64,000 bases of DNA, from contig JAILLS010000049.1 of assembly GCA_024693025.1 (NCBI GenBank), forward strand, positions 16,740 through 80,739, read 5' to 3'. Positions 39,267-48,980 of the stretch are shown here, one piece after another (within the stretch, counting starts at the first letter, position 1; every line of letters starts with the position of its first letter). This DNA is from Succinivibrio sp. GTDB taxonomy: Bacteria > Pseudomonadota > Gammaproteobacteria > Enterobacterales > Succinivibrionaceae. Below the pieces are notes generated by a model. It was not told where the DNA came from and did not search any database. It worked only from the letters and a program-made list of their open reading frames with translations. The position numbers and the translations under genes were made by a program.

Positions 39267-39917
39267 ATGTCAGCGCAAAATTTACTAGAGTTGTTCGGTG
39301 CCAATGAGGAGCAGCGCGTTGAGGCAGCCATTGCTGCTTTGAAACAAGGCCGCGGCATAATGGTCGTTGATAATGAGGACCGTGAAAACGAGGGCGATCT
39401 GGTATATGCAGCAGACACGGTAACTGAGGCTCAGATGGCCTTTATGATCAGAGAATGCTCAGGCATTGTGTGCGTGTGCATTGAACAGGAGCAGGCCGAA
39501 AGACTCAAGCTGCCTCTGATGGTCAAAGAAAACACTTCTACCTATGGTACCGCCTTTACTATCTCTGTGGATGCAGCCGAGGGGGTTACCACGGGTGTTT
39601 CAGCCGCGGATCGTGTAAAAGCCATAAAGGCAGTCGCCAACCCGCACTCCAAACCAGAAGATCTGGTGCACCCAGGCCACATGTTCCCTCTCATTGCCAA
39701 AAAAGGCGGTGTACTGGCTCGGGATGGACATACAGAAGCTTCCGTCGACTTTGCACGTTTAGCAGGCTTTACTCCCTGCGGCATTCTCTGCGAACTATGC
39801 GCGCCTGATGGCAATATGGCCAGACTGCCGCGCGTCAGCATGTTTGCCATGGAACACGATCTGACTGTAGTCAGCATCAAGGATCTGATAGCTTACCGCA
39901 AGAATCATTTAATCTAG
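39267..39917 (+). CDS. ribB: 3,4-dihydroxy-2-butanone-4-phosphate synthase
   Basis: VVDNEDRENEGD, TAFTISVDA, TTGVSAADR, PGHMFPL, RDGHTEA, LCEL. Confidence 0.97.
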   Translation: MSAQNLLELFGANEEQRVEAAIAALKQGRGIMVVDNEDRENEGDLVYAADTVTEAQMAFMIRECSGIVCVCIEQEQAERLKLPLMVKENTSTYGTAFTISVDAAEGVTTGVSAADRVKAIKAVANPHSKPEDLVHPGHMFPLIAKKGGVLARDGHTEASVDFARLAGFTPCGILCELCAPDGNMARLPRVSMFAMEHDLTVVSIKDLIAYRKNHLI

Positions 39918-40700
39918 ATGCAGAAGCTTAAGCTTAGCCCTCAGACTTTACCCAATCAGGCAGGACGCCCTCTGGTGGTCCTGCATGGCTGGGGTACCGA
40001 CAGTTTTTTTACTTCACCTATAGCTTCGCTCTTTCCTAAGCGTCCTGTGCTGCTCCTAGATCTACCAGGCTATGGCTGCAACTATGAGTTAAGTCAGCTC
40101 TCGGTGAATTTTGAAGAGACTGCAGAAGCGGTGCTGGCAAGCATACCTGAAGACTGTGATCTGATGGCCTGGTCTTTAAGCTCGCTGCTGGCAATTAAAA
40201 TCTGCTCTCTGCCGCAGGCGACTATTCATGCTCTGATCACGGTCTGCGGTACCCCACGCTTCCCTGCTGATCCTAACTGGCCTGGTTTTCCCTTTAATCT
40301 GGTGCTCAAGCTGCAGCGCTTTTTCACCCCGCAACGGGCTAATCATATGCTCAAGCTTTTTTTTGCCACCCAATGCTCGCGTAAGGATATTGCTCCTGAA
40401 GTACAGAGTTTCCTCTCTGAAGGCTCCACTCTGCAGCACAAACATGCCTATGTAAGTCTTAAGGCTGAGCTTGAAAACCTCGTACTTATCGACGAGCGGA
40501 TGGATTTAAACAACCTGAAAATTCCCTGCCTGCATATCTTTGGCGCTCAGGACAGACTGGTGACCTGTGCCCTGGCTGAATATCTCAAGACGGGATCTGA
40601 TCGCTTCTGTCTGACCTTTGAGCATTCTGCACATATGCCGTTCTTAACTGAGCCGGAGCGTTTTGTGCGTGAAATAAATCACTTCTGTTCACTGCAATAA
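39918..40700 (+). CDS. BioH-like alpha/beta hydrolase
   Basis: VVLHGWG, DLPGYG, nucleophile elbow AWSLS, G..D.LV, SAHMPF. Confidence 0.75.
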   Translation: MQKLKLSPQTLPNQAGRPLVVLHGWGTDSFFTSPIASLFPKRPVLLLDLPGYGCNYELSQLSVNFEETAEAVLASIPEDCDLMAWSLSSLLAIKICSLPQATIHALITVCGTPRFPADPNWPGFPFNLVLKLQRFFTPQRANHMLKLFFATQCSRKDIAPEVQSFLSEGSTLQHKHAYVSLKAELENLVLIDERMDLNNLKIPCLHIFGAQDRLVTCALAEYLKTGSDRFCLTFEHSAHMPFLTEPERFVREINHFCSLQ

Positions 40701-40728
40701 AAATCCCGCACCTTGCGGTGCAGGATTT
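40701..40728. terminator. Bidirectional terminator
   Basis: AAATCC(C)GCACC-TTGC-GGTGC(A)GGATTT between convergent genes. Confidence 0.7.
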
Positions 40729-40758
40729 ATAAAACTTAGCTGCGCTTCAGGCTGACTT

Positions 40759-41310
40759 TTACAGCACGAAATTAGGCACATCCCTGAGGCTGTGCTCAAT
40801 GCGATCCTTATCTGAGGTGATAATGCTCTCAGAGGGGACCTGCCAGTCGATGCCAAGCTCAGGAGCATCATAACGCATACCCCATTCAGCTTCCTTATGG
40901 TAGAAATTATCTACCTTGTAGGCAAATACCGCGGTCTCCGACAGCACGCTGAAGCCATGTAAAAAACCCCGCGGAATATAGAGCTGACGCTGATTCTCTT
41001 CTGACAGTTCATATTTAACATGCTGTCCAAAGGTCGGTGAGCCCTGTCTGATATCCACTGCTACGTCCAGCACCTTGCCGACGAGGACGCGCACAATTTT
41101 GGCCTGACAGAATTCACCGGTCTGACAGTGCAGGCCGCGGATCACGCCAAAGGAGGATTTAGACTGATTATCCTGCACAAAATTCGCCGTAATCCCATGC
41201 TCAGCAAACTCACGCGCATTGAAGCTTTCAAAAAAATAACCGCGGGCATCATGGAACACTCTAGGTTCAATGAGCCATACCCCTGCAATAGAAGTCTCAA
41301 TAAAGTTCAT
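40759..41310 (-). CDS. rmlC: dTDP-4-dehydrorhamnose 3,5-epimerase
   Basis: DARGYFFESF, FVQDNQS.S..GVIRGLH, DVAVDIR.GSPTFG, GFLHGF. Start at ATG 41310 with GAGG SD. Confidence 0.96.
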   Translation of the reverse strand: MNFIETSIAGVWLIEPRVFHDARGYFFESFNAREFAEHGITANFVQDNQSKSSFGVIRGLHCQTGEFCQAKIVRVLVGKVLDVAVDIRQGSPTFGQHVKYELSEENQRQLYIPRGFLHGFSVLSETAVFAYKVDNFYHKEAEWGMRYDAPELGIDWQVPSESIITSDKDRIEHSLRDVPNFVL

Positions 41311-42184
41311 GTTTTTCCTCAAGCACCTTGATGAGATAATCTCTGTAACTGCCTTTATGCAAAGCATCGATTAAAGACTGCATGCCCTGCTCATCAATAT
41401 AGCCCATATTATAGGCAATCTCTTCCAGACAGGCGATCTTAAGTGCCTGTCTCTTCTCAATAATCTGCACAAAATTGCTCGAATCCATCAGGCTGTCAGG
41501 AGTTCCGGCATCCAGCCAGGCATTGCCGCGCCGCATCGGCACAACAGCGAGGCGTCCTTCTTTGAGATACATATTGTTGAGATCAGTAATCTCGTATTCT
41601 CCGCGGGCGGAAGGCTTGAGCTTTTCAGCCTTGCTGACCACATCAGCAGGATAGAAATACAGACCTACTGAAGCATAATTTGATTTAGGATGCTCAGGCT
41701 TTTCCTCAATGGATACCGCCTTGAAATCCTTATCAAACTCAATCACACCAAAGCGTTTAGGATCGTTGACATGGAAAGCAAAGATGGTCGCATTCTTGCC
41801 GCGATTTGAGTTAACATGCTCGGCAAATTCACCATACTGCGTACCCATGTAGAAAATGTTATCGCCGAGGATCAGACAGACATCATCGCCCTCAATAAAA
41901 TCCCGTCCGATAATAAAGGCCTGTGCAATGCCGTTAGGTTCCTGCTGTACCCGATATTCAAGCTTCAGACCTAACTGGGAGCCGTCGCCAAGCAGAGTCT
42001 CAATATTCGGCAGATCGCGCGGGGTAGAAATAATCAGAATTTCCTTGATGCCAAACAGCATGAGCGTCGACAGGGGATAATAAATCATCGGCTTGTCATA
42101 CACAGGCAATAACTGCTTTGACATGGTTTTGGTCAGCGGATACAGACGCGTCCCGCTGCCGCCAGCTAACAAGATTCCTTTCAT
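41297..42184 (-). CDS. rmlA: Glucose-1-phosphate thymidylyltransferase
   Basis: MKGILLAGGSGTRLYPLT, KQLLPVYDKPMIYYPL, EEKP, SARGEYEITD, WLDAGT. Confidence 0.97.
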   Translation of the reverse strand: MKGILLAGGSGTRLYPLTKTMSKQLLPVYDKPMIYYPLSTLMLFGIKEILIISTPRDLPNIETLLGDGSQLGLKLEYRVQQEPNGIAQAFIIGRDFIEGDDVCLILGDNIFYMGTQYGEFAEHVNSNRGKNATIFAFHVNDPKRFGVIEFDKDFKAVSIEEKPEHPKSNYASVGLYFYPADVVSKAEKLKPSARGEYEITDLNNMYLKEGRLAVVPMRRGNAWLDAGTPDSLMDSSNFVQIIEKRQALKIACLEEIAYNMGYIDEQGMQSLIDALHKGSYRDYLIKVLEEKHELY

Positions 42185-42384
42185 CTCACACCTACCTTTA
42201 AGCTGCAGCTAAACCAATTACTACACCTGACTTATGTAGTTCAACTTTACTGATTATAGCTGTTTTTATTGGTATTAAAAGTGACTCATGCCAATCCTTA
42301 AGCGAGTCAGCCGGCGACTAGGCTGCGGCTCTAGAACAGTATTTGATCAAGATCACAATTCTTAGCATAAGAGCCTGCTCCCCT

Positions 42385-42412
42385 TAAAGAGGACTGCAAA
42401 AAATGCCGTTAT
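42385..42412 (+). promoter_or_regulatory. Candidate sigma-28 (FliA) promoter
   Basis: TAAA (42385-42388), 16-nt spacer, GCCGTTAT (42405-42412); consensus is TAAA-N15-GCCGATAA. Confidence 0.4.
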
Positions 42413-42447
42413 GAGAGTTAAAGGTGGAGTCTTAACTTTTTTAGAGA

Positions 42448-43041
42448 GTGGTTATGGATGTAGCAACTTCAATGATAAGTTCAGTCGTACCGCACTCCTA
42501 TCCGGTCGGAGCAGAGGAGGCGCGGCAGACTGCACAGCGTCACGCTGAAAATCCTCAGGTGCTCGCGATGCAGCAGTCAGCCAATGCAGGCACAGCTGCA
42601 GACAGCCGCGGGAGTACTGCGCTCTCTAACTCTCATCTGTATGCCCAGTCTGAGGCACTGATCTCCGCCTCCTCAGATCAGATTAAAAAGACCGATCGCA
42701 AGGCAGTCGATACCCAGAAGGGACGCGAAAAAACCGTCAAGGAAAGGAATGCCTCAGCCACCGGCTCTAAGAACACCTCTGCATCAAGCGGCACGGCCAG
42801 CACGGCAGCAACCAGTGCCAGTACCGCCACCTCGTCAGCCTTCAACGGCGAACTGAACAGAGCGCAGGGCATGATGGCCACTTCTGAGTATACCGGAGAG
42901 GTTGAACATGCCAAATATTCAAAGGAGACGGCCTCACAGCTTGGTGAAGAGCACGAAACACGTACCAGCGCCATTGCCAAACGTTATAACAAAATTGTAC
43001 CTGCTAATCTGGTGGGTACTCGTGTCAATCTTCAGGCTTAA
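42448..43041 (+). CDS. Hypothetical protein, Ala/Ser/Thr-rich and low complexity
   Basis: 197-aa ORF filling the rmlA-greB gap, with no TM segment; ends in GTRVNLQA. Start may be ATG 42454. Confidence 0.65.
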   Translation: MVMDVATSMISSVVPHSYPVGAEEARQTAQRHAENPQVLAMQQSANAGTAADSRGSTALSNSHLYAQSEALISASSDQIKKTDRKAVDTQKGREKTVKERNASATGSKNTSASSGTASTAATSASTATSSAFNGELNRAQGMMATSEYTGEVEHAKYSKETASQLGEEHETRTSAIAKRYNKIVPANLVGTRVNLQA

Positions 43042-43658
43042 CTGAGCTGGGACTTCAAATACTCCTCTTCAATCTTTTTCTGCTCTTCAGGGCTTAAGAT
43101 CTCAGTCTTGTCATTCTCATTTTCCAGATCTTCATCAGTCTTCATGATCTGATCGACAATGGGCTGCTCTTCAAACCAGTCCGGTTTCTCATAAGAAATC
43201 TGATTGACGTACCAGATCTTGTCGCCTTTGGGGGTATGCACCACCGCATCGTCACCCTCCTGCTTGCCTAACAGAGCTTTGGCCATCGGAGCATCAACTG
43301 AAATGTAATTAGTCCTGCCGAAGATCTCATCTCCGCCAACGATTCTGACCTGCAGCAGCTGTCCGTCAGCATCGGCTTCAATTTCCACATAGGCGCCGAA
43401 GAATACCTTGCCTGCCTGCTGAGGATTATAGGTAATCACCTGCAGATCATTCAGACAATGCCGCAAATACCTGATCCGCCTATCAATCTGAGCTAACAGA
43501 CGTTTGTTGTAATGATAATCAGCGTTTTCCGAGCGATCCCCGAGGCTGGCTGCCCAGGCTACCTTCTGCGTAACCTCCGGGCGTTTTTCATTCCACAGAT
43601 AATCTAATTCCTTATGCAGCTGATCGTACCCTTCACGGGTAATAAATGGGCGTCCCAC
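43038..43658 (-). CDS. greB: Transcription elongation factor GreB with an acidic C-terminal extension
   Basis: ITREGY..L..EL.YLW...RPEVT.KV.WAASLGDRSENADY; YISVDAPMAKALL. Confidence 0.95.
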   Translation of the reverse strand: MGRPFITREGYDQLHKELDYLWNEKRPEVTQKVAWAASLGDRSENADYHYNKRLLAQIDRRIRYLRHCLNDLQVITYNPQQAGKVFFGAYVEIEADADGQLLQVRIVGGDEIFGRTNYISVDAPMAKALLGKQEGDDAVVHTPKGDKIWYVNQISYEKPDWFEEQPIVDQIMKTDEDLENENDKTEILSPEEQKKIEEEYLKSQLS

Positions 43659-43686
43659 TTCAATCTCCTACGCTAAAAAACAGTAA

Positions 43687-43714
43687 GACCCGATAAGATT
43701 GCTCTTACCGGGTC
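43687..43714 (-). terminator. Hairpin after pckA
   Basis: Minus strand GACCCGGTAAGA-loop-TCTTATCGGGTC followed by TTACTGTTTTTT. Confidence 0.7.
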
Positions 43715-43739
43715 ATCGCTAATTTAAATCAGCTTTTAA

Positions 43740-45353
43740 TTACAGCTGAGGACCAGCTTTAGCCAGATCAGAACCAGCAGCTAAAGTCTCGAACTTCTTG
43801 AAGTTCTTGATGAAGCGATCAGCCAGATCTTTAGCCTTGGTTTCCCACTCTGAAGCATCCTTGTAGGTATTACGAGGATCCAGGATGTTGGTGTCAACAC
43901 CAGGGAGCTCAGTAGGAACCACAAAGTTGAACATTGGGATAGTCTTGGTTGGAGCCTTGTCGATTGAACCATCGAGAATAGCATCGATAATGCCGCGGGT
44001 ATCCTTAATGGAAATACGCTTGCCGGTACCATTCCAGCCGGTGTTGACCAGGTAAGCAGAAGCACCAGAAGCATCCATGCGCTTAACCAACACATCAGCA
44101 TAGGTGGTTGGAGGCAGTGACAGGAAGGCTGCACCGAAGCATGGAGAGAAGGTTGGAGTAGGCTCGGTAATACCACGCTCTGTACCAGCTAACTTAGCAG
44201 TGAAGCCGGAGAGGAAGTAGTACTTGGTCTGATTCTTGTTCAGAATTGAGACTGGAGGCAGTACGCCGAAAGCATCAGCGGATAAGAAGATTACGCGCTT
44301 AGCAGCTGGGCCCTTGGAAATTGGCTTAACGATGTTCTTAATATGGAAAATCGGGTAAGAAACACGAGTGTTCTCAGTGACTGACTTATCAGCAAAATCA
44401 ATCTTGCCGCTGCCGTCAACAGTAACGTTCTCGAGCAGAGCATTGCGCTTGATGGCACCATAAATGTCAGGCTCATTCTCCTTGGAGAGGTTGATCACCT
44501 TAGCATAGCAGCCGCCTTCGAAGTTGAACACGCCGTCATCATCCCAGCCGTGCTCGTCATCACCGATCAGTAAGCGTTTTGGATCAGTTGACAGGGTGGT
44601 CTTGCCGGTACCAGACAGACCGAAGAAGATAGCGGTATTCTTGCCTTCCATGTCGGTATTAGCAGAGCAGTGCATGGCAGCAATACCCTTTAATGGCAGG
44701 TAGTAATTCATCATGGAGAACATACCTTTCTTCATCTCACCGCCATACCAGGTATTCAGAATAACCTGCATACGCTCGGTCAGGTTGAAGACAACAGCAG
44801 TCTCGGAGTTCAGACCTAATTCCTTGTAATTGGTGACCTTAGCCTTAGAAGCATTCAGAATCACGAAATCTGGCTTGAAGTTTTTGAGTTCTTCTTCAGT
44901 TGGACGGATGAACATATTGGTCACGAAGTGAGCCTGCCATGCAACTTCCATCACGAAACGGATGGCGATACGAGTACCCTCGTTAGCGCCGCAGTAGCCG
45001 TCGACAACATATAACTTCTTGCCGGTCAGCTCATCGCTGGCGATCTTCTTGAGGACTTTCCAGGTCTCAGGGCTTACTGGCTTATTGTCATTCTTGAAGC
45101 CGTCAGTGGTCCACCAGAAGGTATCTTTTGAGACATCATCCTTGACAATAAACTTGTCTTTTGGTGAACGGCCAGTGTAAACACCAGTCATAACGTTCAC
45201 TGCACCCAGCTCAGATACAACACCTTTGTCAAAGCCAGTCAGATCAGCCTTGGTCTCTTCGGCGAACATATCTTCATAAGAAGGGTTGCGAACAATTTCA
45301 GCAGCATTGCTGATACCATATTTAGCTAATTCAAGTTCTTCAAATAAGCCCAT
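43740..45353 (-). CDS. pckA: Phosphoenolpyruvate carboxykinase (ATP)
   Basis: [53 protein letters not shown]. Start at ATG 45353 with GGAG SD. Confidence 0.98.
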   Translation of the reverse strand: MGLFEELELAKYGISNAAEIVRNPSYEDMFAEETKADLTGFDKGVVSELGAVNVMTGVYTGRSPKDKFIVKDDVSKDTFWWTTDGFKNDNKPVSPETWKVLKKIASDELTGKKLYVVDGYCGANEGTRIAIRFVMEVAWQAHFVTNMFIRPTEEELKNFKPDFVILNASKAKVTNYKELGLNSETAVVFNLTERMQVILNTWYGGEMKKGMFSMMNYYLPLKGIAAMHCSANTDMEGKNTAIFFGLSGTGKTTLSTDPKRLLIGDDEHGWDDDGVFNFEGGCYAKVINLSKENEPDIYGAIKRNALLENVTVDGSGKIDFADKSVTENTRVSYPIFHIKNIVKPISKGPAAKRVIFLSADAFGVLPPVSILNKNQTKYYFLSGFTAKLAGTERGITEPTPTFSPCFGAAFLSLPPTTYADVLVKRMDASGASAYLVNTGWNGTGKRISIKDTRGIIDAILDGSIDKAPTKTIPMFNFVVPTELPGVDTNILDPRNTYKDASEWETKAKDLADRFIKNFKKFETLAAGSDLAKAGPQL

Positions 45354-45738
45354 TTTTTTCTCCACACAAGTTCGGGTTAAAGATTAACCCGATTAAAAAA
45401 TCTTCAGCGTTAGCAGTGAGTGCAGCTCAGCGGCTGCTCCACTCTAACTAAAGCTCTTGCTCTGGTTATGACTAAAGGATCTAAGAGCAAATCCTCTAAA
45501 TTCACATCTTTGCTATTATAGCATATAGTGCCCGCTAGCTTGTTTATCTCTAGCTAATCGCGCAGGTTGCACTATTGAGCAGAGTTTGCGAGTCCTTAAT
45601 TATACAAAGATAAAATTCGCTTCTCTCGGTACTTTAGGATAATTTTTTCTGATGCGATCAATATCACACTTTGCAGATATTTTTATCCGCATAATACATG
45701 CTCTATTTGTCTTAATTTAATAAAAGGTTAGTGTTGCA

Positions 45739-46329
45739 ATGAGCAAAATTACAGTCAGTGACCAGGCCCAAGAATATTTCAAGAAAATCATCGCCAGTCA
45801 GAAGATGCCGGGCTTAGCCATCCGTCTGACCGCCACCAACCCTGGCACCCCGGGCGTACAGTGCGGCATTTTATACTGCCCCAAAGAATACATCACTCCT
45901 GCGGATGAACATTTTCAGATGCAGGACTTTGAAATTGTCATCGACAGCTCTGTAATTCCTTATCTGGATGAATCAGTCATTGATCTGAGCAAGGATGAAA
46001 ATGGAGAAGATCTGCTGACTTTCCATGCTCCTAACCTCAATAAGCAGGATCTGCCTGAGGATGCCAGCTTATTTACCAGGATTCAGCGCTTTATCGATAC
46101 CACGGTAAGCCCGTCGCTGGCAAGTCACGGCGGCGCAGTAACCTTAGACTCTGTTACAGAAGACGGCATTGTAAAAGTTAAATTTCAGGGCGGCTGCCTG
46201 GGCTGCTCCATGGTAGGTCTTACCCTCAAGGACGGCATACAGACTCAGCTCAATCAGGCTTTCCCCGGCATGATTAAGGATGTCATTGATGTCACAGAAC
46301 ATGTGGTGACCGATGAGACTTATGGTTGA
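45739..46329 (+). CDS. nfuA: Fe-S biogenesis protein NfuA
   Basis: Degenerate A-type domain (NPGTP..C...YC) plus Nfu domain (P.LASHGG.V, GGCLGC). Confidence 0.93.
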   Translation: MSKITVSDQAQEYFKKIIASQKMPGLAIRLTATNPGTPGVQCGILYCPKEYITPADEHFQMQDFEIVIDSSVIPYLDESVIDLSKDENGEDLLTFHAPNLNKQDLPEDASLFTRIQRFIDTTVSPSLASHGGAVTLDSVTEDGIVKVKFQGGCLGCSMVGLTLKDGIQTQLNQAFPGMIKDVIDVTEHVVTDETYG

Positions 46330-46345
46330 TTCAGATGAGTTGACT

Positions 46346-46373
46346 AAAGGCGGCCTGGCGGCCGTCTTTTTTT
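46346..46373 (+). terminator. Terminator after nfuA
   Basis: AAAGGCGGCC-TGGC-GGCCGTCTTT followed by a T run. Confidence 0.7.
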
Positions 46374-47379
46374 ATTCGGCTTTCTGCTCACGGCTGAGCA
46401 GCGAGACTGCTGCTGCCTGACCTGATTTGCCGCGATAGAGCACTTCATAGAGCTCACTGCAGATCGGCATGGAGGCCTGATAGCGCTCCTGCAGCTTTTT
46501 CATTACTGCCGTCATGGTATAGCCTTCCACGACCTGACCAATATCCGCCAAGGCCTGCTGTACCTGCACTCCCTGTCCCACCATATAGCCAAAACGGCGG
46601 TTACGGGACTGATTATCTGTACAGGTTAGAATGAGATCGCCAAGACCTGACAGGCCCTGAAAGCCGCGATCGGTAGCACCAAGGCTTACCCCGAAGCGAA
46701 TCATCTCAGCCAGACCGCGTGATATCAGAGCAGTACGGGCATTGGCACCAAAGCCCATGCCGTCTGAAAGGCCGCAGGCTATGGCGATCACATTCTTGAT
46801 CGTGCCGCCTAGCTGCAGCGCCAGAAAATCATCGCTGGCATAGATTCTGAAGGTAGGAGTATGCATCAGCTCGGCAATCTCGTGGATAAAGTCCTTATCC
46901 GTGCCTGCTACCGCAATTGCCGTAGGCAGACCGCGGGCTAATTCCATAGCAAAGGTCGGACCTGAGATTGCGGCCAGGGGCATGTTCCCCGGCAGAATCT
47001 GCCGTGCCACCTTGCTTAAGATTTCACCGCTTTCAGGATCGATCCCCTTGGTGGCCCAGAAGAGACGCTGGCCCGGTTTAAGATAGGGAGCAATAGCACG
47101 CAGCATCCCGCTGAAAGTATGACTGGGCACCACCAGCAGCAGATCTTTGGCGCTGGTCACAGCCTCCTCCAGAGAAGCAGTCGGATCCAGGGTGGGCGGG
47201 AAGATAATATCTTTAAGATATTGGGCATTCTGGCGGGTCTGACGCATCTGCTCGATGCTCTGTGCATTGCGTCCCCACAGCCTGACCTTAAGCTGCTTTG
47301 AGGCGACAGCTACTGCCAGCGAAGTACCATATGATCCTGCACCTAATACCGTTAAAGCATATTCGTACATATTCACCAT
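46372..47379 (-). CDS. gpsA: NAD(P)H-dependent glycerol-3-phosphate dehydrogenase
   Basis: VLGAGSYGTSLA, WATKG, SGPTFA.E, KNVIAI, GLGDLILTC..NQSRNRRFG. Confidence 0.97.
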   Translation of the reverse strand: MVNMYEYALTVLGAGSYGTSLAVAVASKQLKVRLWGRNAQSIEQMRQTRQNAQYLKDIIFPPTLDPTASLEEAVTSAKDLLLVVPSHTFSGMLRAIAPYLKPGQRLFWATKGIDPESGEILSKVARQILPGNMPLAAISGPTFAMELARGLPTAIAVAGTDKDFIHEIAELMHTPTFRIYASDDFLALQLGGTIKNVIAIACGLSDGMGFGANARTALISRGLAEMIRFGVSLGATDRGFQGLSGLGDLILTCTDNQSRNRRFGYMVGQGVQVQQALADIGQVVEGYTMTAVMKKLQERYQASMPICSELYEVLYRGKSGQAAAVSLLSREQKAE

Positions 47380-47464
47380 CGGTCAGGCTTCAGTCATGCA
47401 ACTTAAGCGCTGACGAACATCTCCTTGTCCTAATTGAGAGTCAGACTCGCGGCTGTACTTGCAG

Positions 47465-47489
47465 ATACGGCTTCTAAAAGAAGCCGTAT
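47465..47489 (-). terminator. Hairpin between secB and gpsA
   Basis: ATACGGCTTCT-AAA-AGAAGCCGTAT, a perfect stem. Confidence 0.55.
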
Positions 47490-47503
47490 GTTTTATGGTT
47501 CAG

Positions 47504-48025
47504 TTAAGCCTGCGGAGCATCCTTGTCCTTATTGGCCTCTTCACCCTGCTGCATTTCTTCTGCCTTGCGGGCGCGATATAAGGCTTCAAAATTGATCGGG
47601 CGCAAATTCAGAGCCGGGAAGGTAGCACGGTTAACTAAAGCAGAAATATGCTCGCGTGCATAAGGGAAGAGAATATTTGGAGCTAAGCCGGCTAACAGAT
47701 ATTCCATGCTCTCCTCATCCATATTCTTGATGATGAAAGCGCCAGCCTGATGCACTTCACAGATATAGACCACTTCTTCCTTGCCGTCTAATTCTGATTT
47801 GCAGGTGGCAGTCACGCGCAGATCGACTTCATACTGATCATCAGCGATAGGCTGGGTCTTGGTATCAAATTCGATATTAACGGAAGGCTTTAAAGGCTGC
47901 AGAAAAACCTTAGGAGTGCATGGAGTTTCCAGAGAGCAATCCTTGGCATAAATTCTGATAATGTCGAAAAATGGCTGATCGTTTGGGATCTCGTTAGTGT
48001 TCTGGTTCTTTTCGGCTTCTGACAT
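47504..48025 (-). CDS. secB: Protein-export chaperone SecB
   Basis: RIYAKD.SLE.P, CEV.QAG.F, PNILFPYARE, FP.LNL.P.NF.ALY. Confidence 0.96.
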   Translation of the reverse strand: MSEAEKNQNTNEIPNDQPFFDIIRIYAKDCSLETPCTPKVFLQPLKPSVNIEFDTKTQPIADDQYEVDLRVTATCKSELDGKEEVVYICEVHQAGAFIIKNMDEESMEYLLAGLAPNILFPYAREHISALVNRATFPALNLRPINFEALYRARKAEEMQQGEEANKDKDAPQA

Positions 48026-48050
48026 AGTAATTACCTATTGTATTAAAAAA

Positions 48051-48515
48051 TTATTTCTTATTGGAAAGGGGTAAATTTTCATTTGCCCACTGCATAATCC
48101 CACCATCTAAGGTGAAAACCTTGGTAAAGCCCTGCTGCTTTAAAATTCTAGCACTATTAAAGGCTTCGCTGTCCATTTTGTCGCGACCGACCAAAATGAT
48201 CGGTTTATCTTTGGCGCTCTCAATACGCTGAGTTTTACCTGCCTTGATATCTGCAGCGCTGATATTCAGGGAGTTGGCAATATGGGACTGCTCAAAATTG
48301 GCACCGGCCCTCACATCGACAAACAGACCCTCTTCATGATTGACCAACATGGTTGCACCTGCTGTGGTGAGTTTTTTAACATTGGCCAGCATGATCTTCA
48401 GCTGCATATACAGAATCATGACCAAGCACACTACCCACATACCGCATAAAAACACATGACGGTTAAAGAAGGCCCAGTACTCCACCATGTTTTCCGGGGA
48501 AAATAAATCTGACAC
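48051..48515 (-). CDS. yibN: Rhodanese-like membrane protein (YibN-type)
   Basis: N-terminal TM, VDVR...F..SHI..S.N, L.GG..QW...NLP. Syntenic with secB/gpsA and gpmI. Confidence 0.85.
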   Translation of the reverse strand: MSDLFSPENMVEYWAFFNRHVFLCGMWVVCLVMILYMQLKIMLANVKKLTTAGATMLVNHEEGLFVDVRAGANFEQSHIANSLNISAADIKAGKTQRIESAKDKPIILVGRDKMDSEAFNSARILKQQGFTKVFTLDGGIMQWANENLPLSNKK

Positions 48516-48801
48516 TCCACACCTCTAAATTAGCTGAGCTGTTGCTGATTTTAGCTGGACATCCGTCCACCACCCTTGGTCTCACGCCAAAGCGTCTGAG
48601 CACTGGTAAATGATGATGTCCGAACACCTGCTTTTTAAACGGATAGCTTATGCCCTAAGGCTCTTAAGCTCTGACCGGACCGCAAGAACCTTAAGCCTGA
48701 CTCATGAATAGACTCACAAACAGCCTGAGGCACGGTCCACCGGTCTCATTAAAGCAAAAAAGCCCGCCTTGCATAACGCCCTGGGCATTATCCGCCGCTA
48801 T

Positions 48802-48830
48802 AATATATGCTAAAGTGGCAAAAAAGTCTA
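48802..48830 (-). promoter_or_regulatory. Candidate sigma-70 promoter for yibN-secB-gpsA
   Basis: Minus strand TAGACT, 17-nt spacer, TATATT. Confidence 0.5.
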
Positions 48831-48980
48831 TAAAACCTAAGGCGATTGGCGCAGAGCCCAGGCGCAGACACCGCTGACAGCAGGCCGTACTCCCTGCTTA
48901 AACTCTGCCTTTTTGCTAGTGCTTTACAGAGCTCTTTGCTAAAATAGCGACAGGATCATTATTTAAATAAGGTAATACAC

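Noticed and set aside
11255-39917. Genome-wide amber recoding, suggested by two in-frame TAG junctions
   Set aside because: Many genes here (fruA, fliL, the SPFH gene, PII, maf, marR) end normally at TAG, and no conserved gene has an internal TAG.
43781-44476. Alternative-frame ORFs inside pckA, and similar antisense ORFs throughout the window
   Set aside because: Explained by codon bias of the real genes; no SD or family motifs.
48516-48980. SRP, 6S or tRNA gene in the yibN-gpmI gap
   Set aside because: No SRP GGAA-loop motif, 6S central-bubble motif or tRNA T-arm is visible; kept only as an unknown structured RNA candidate.
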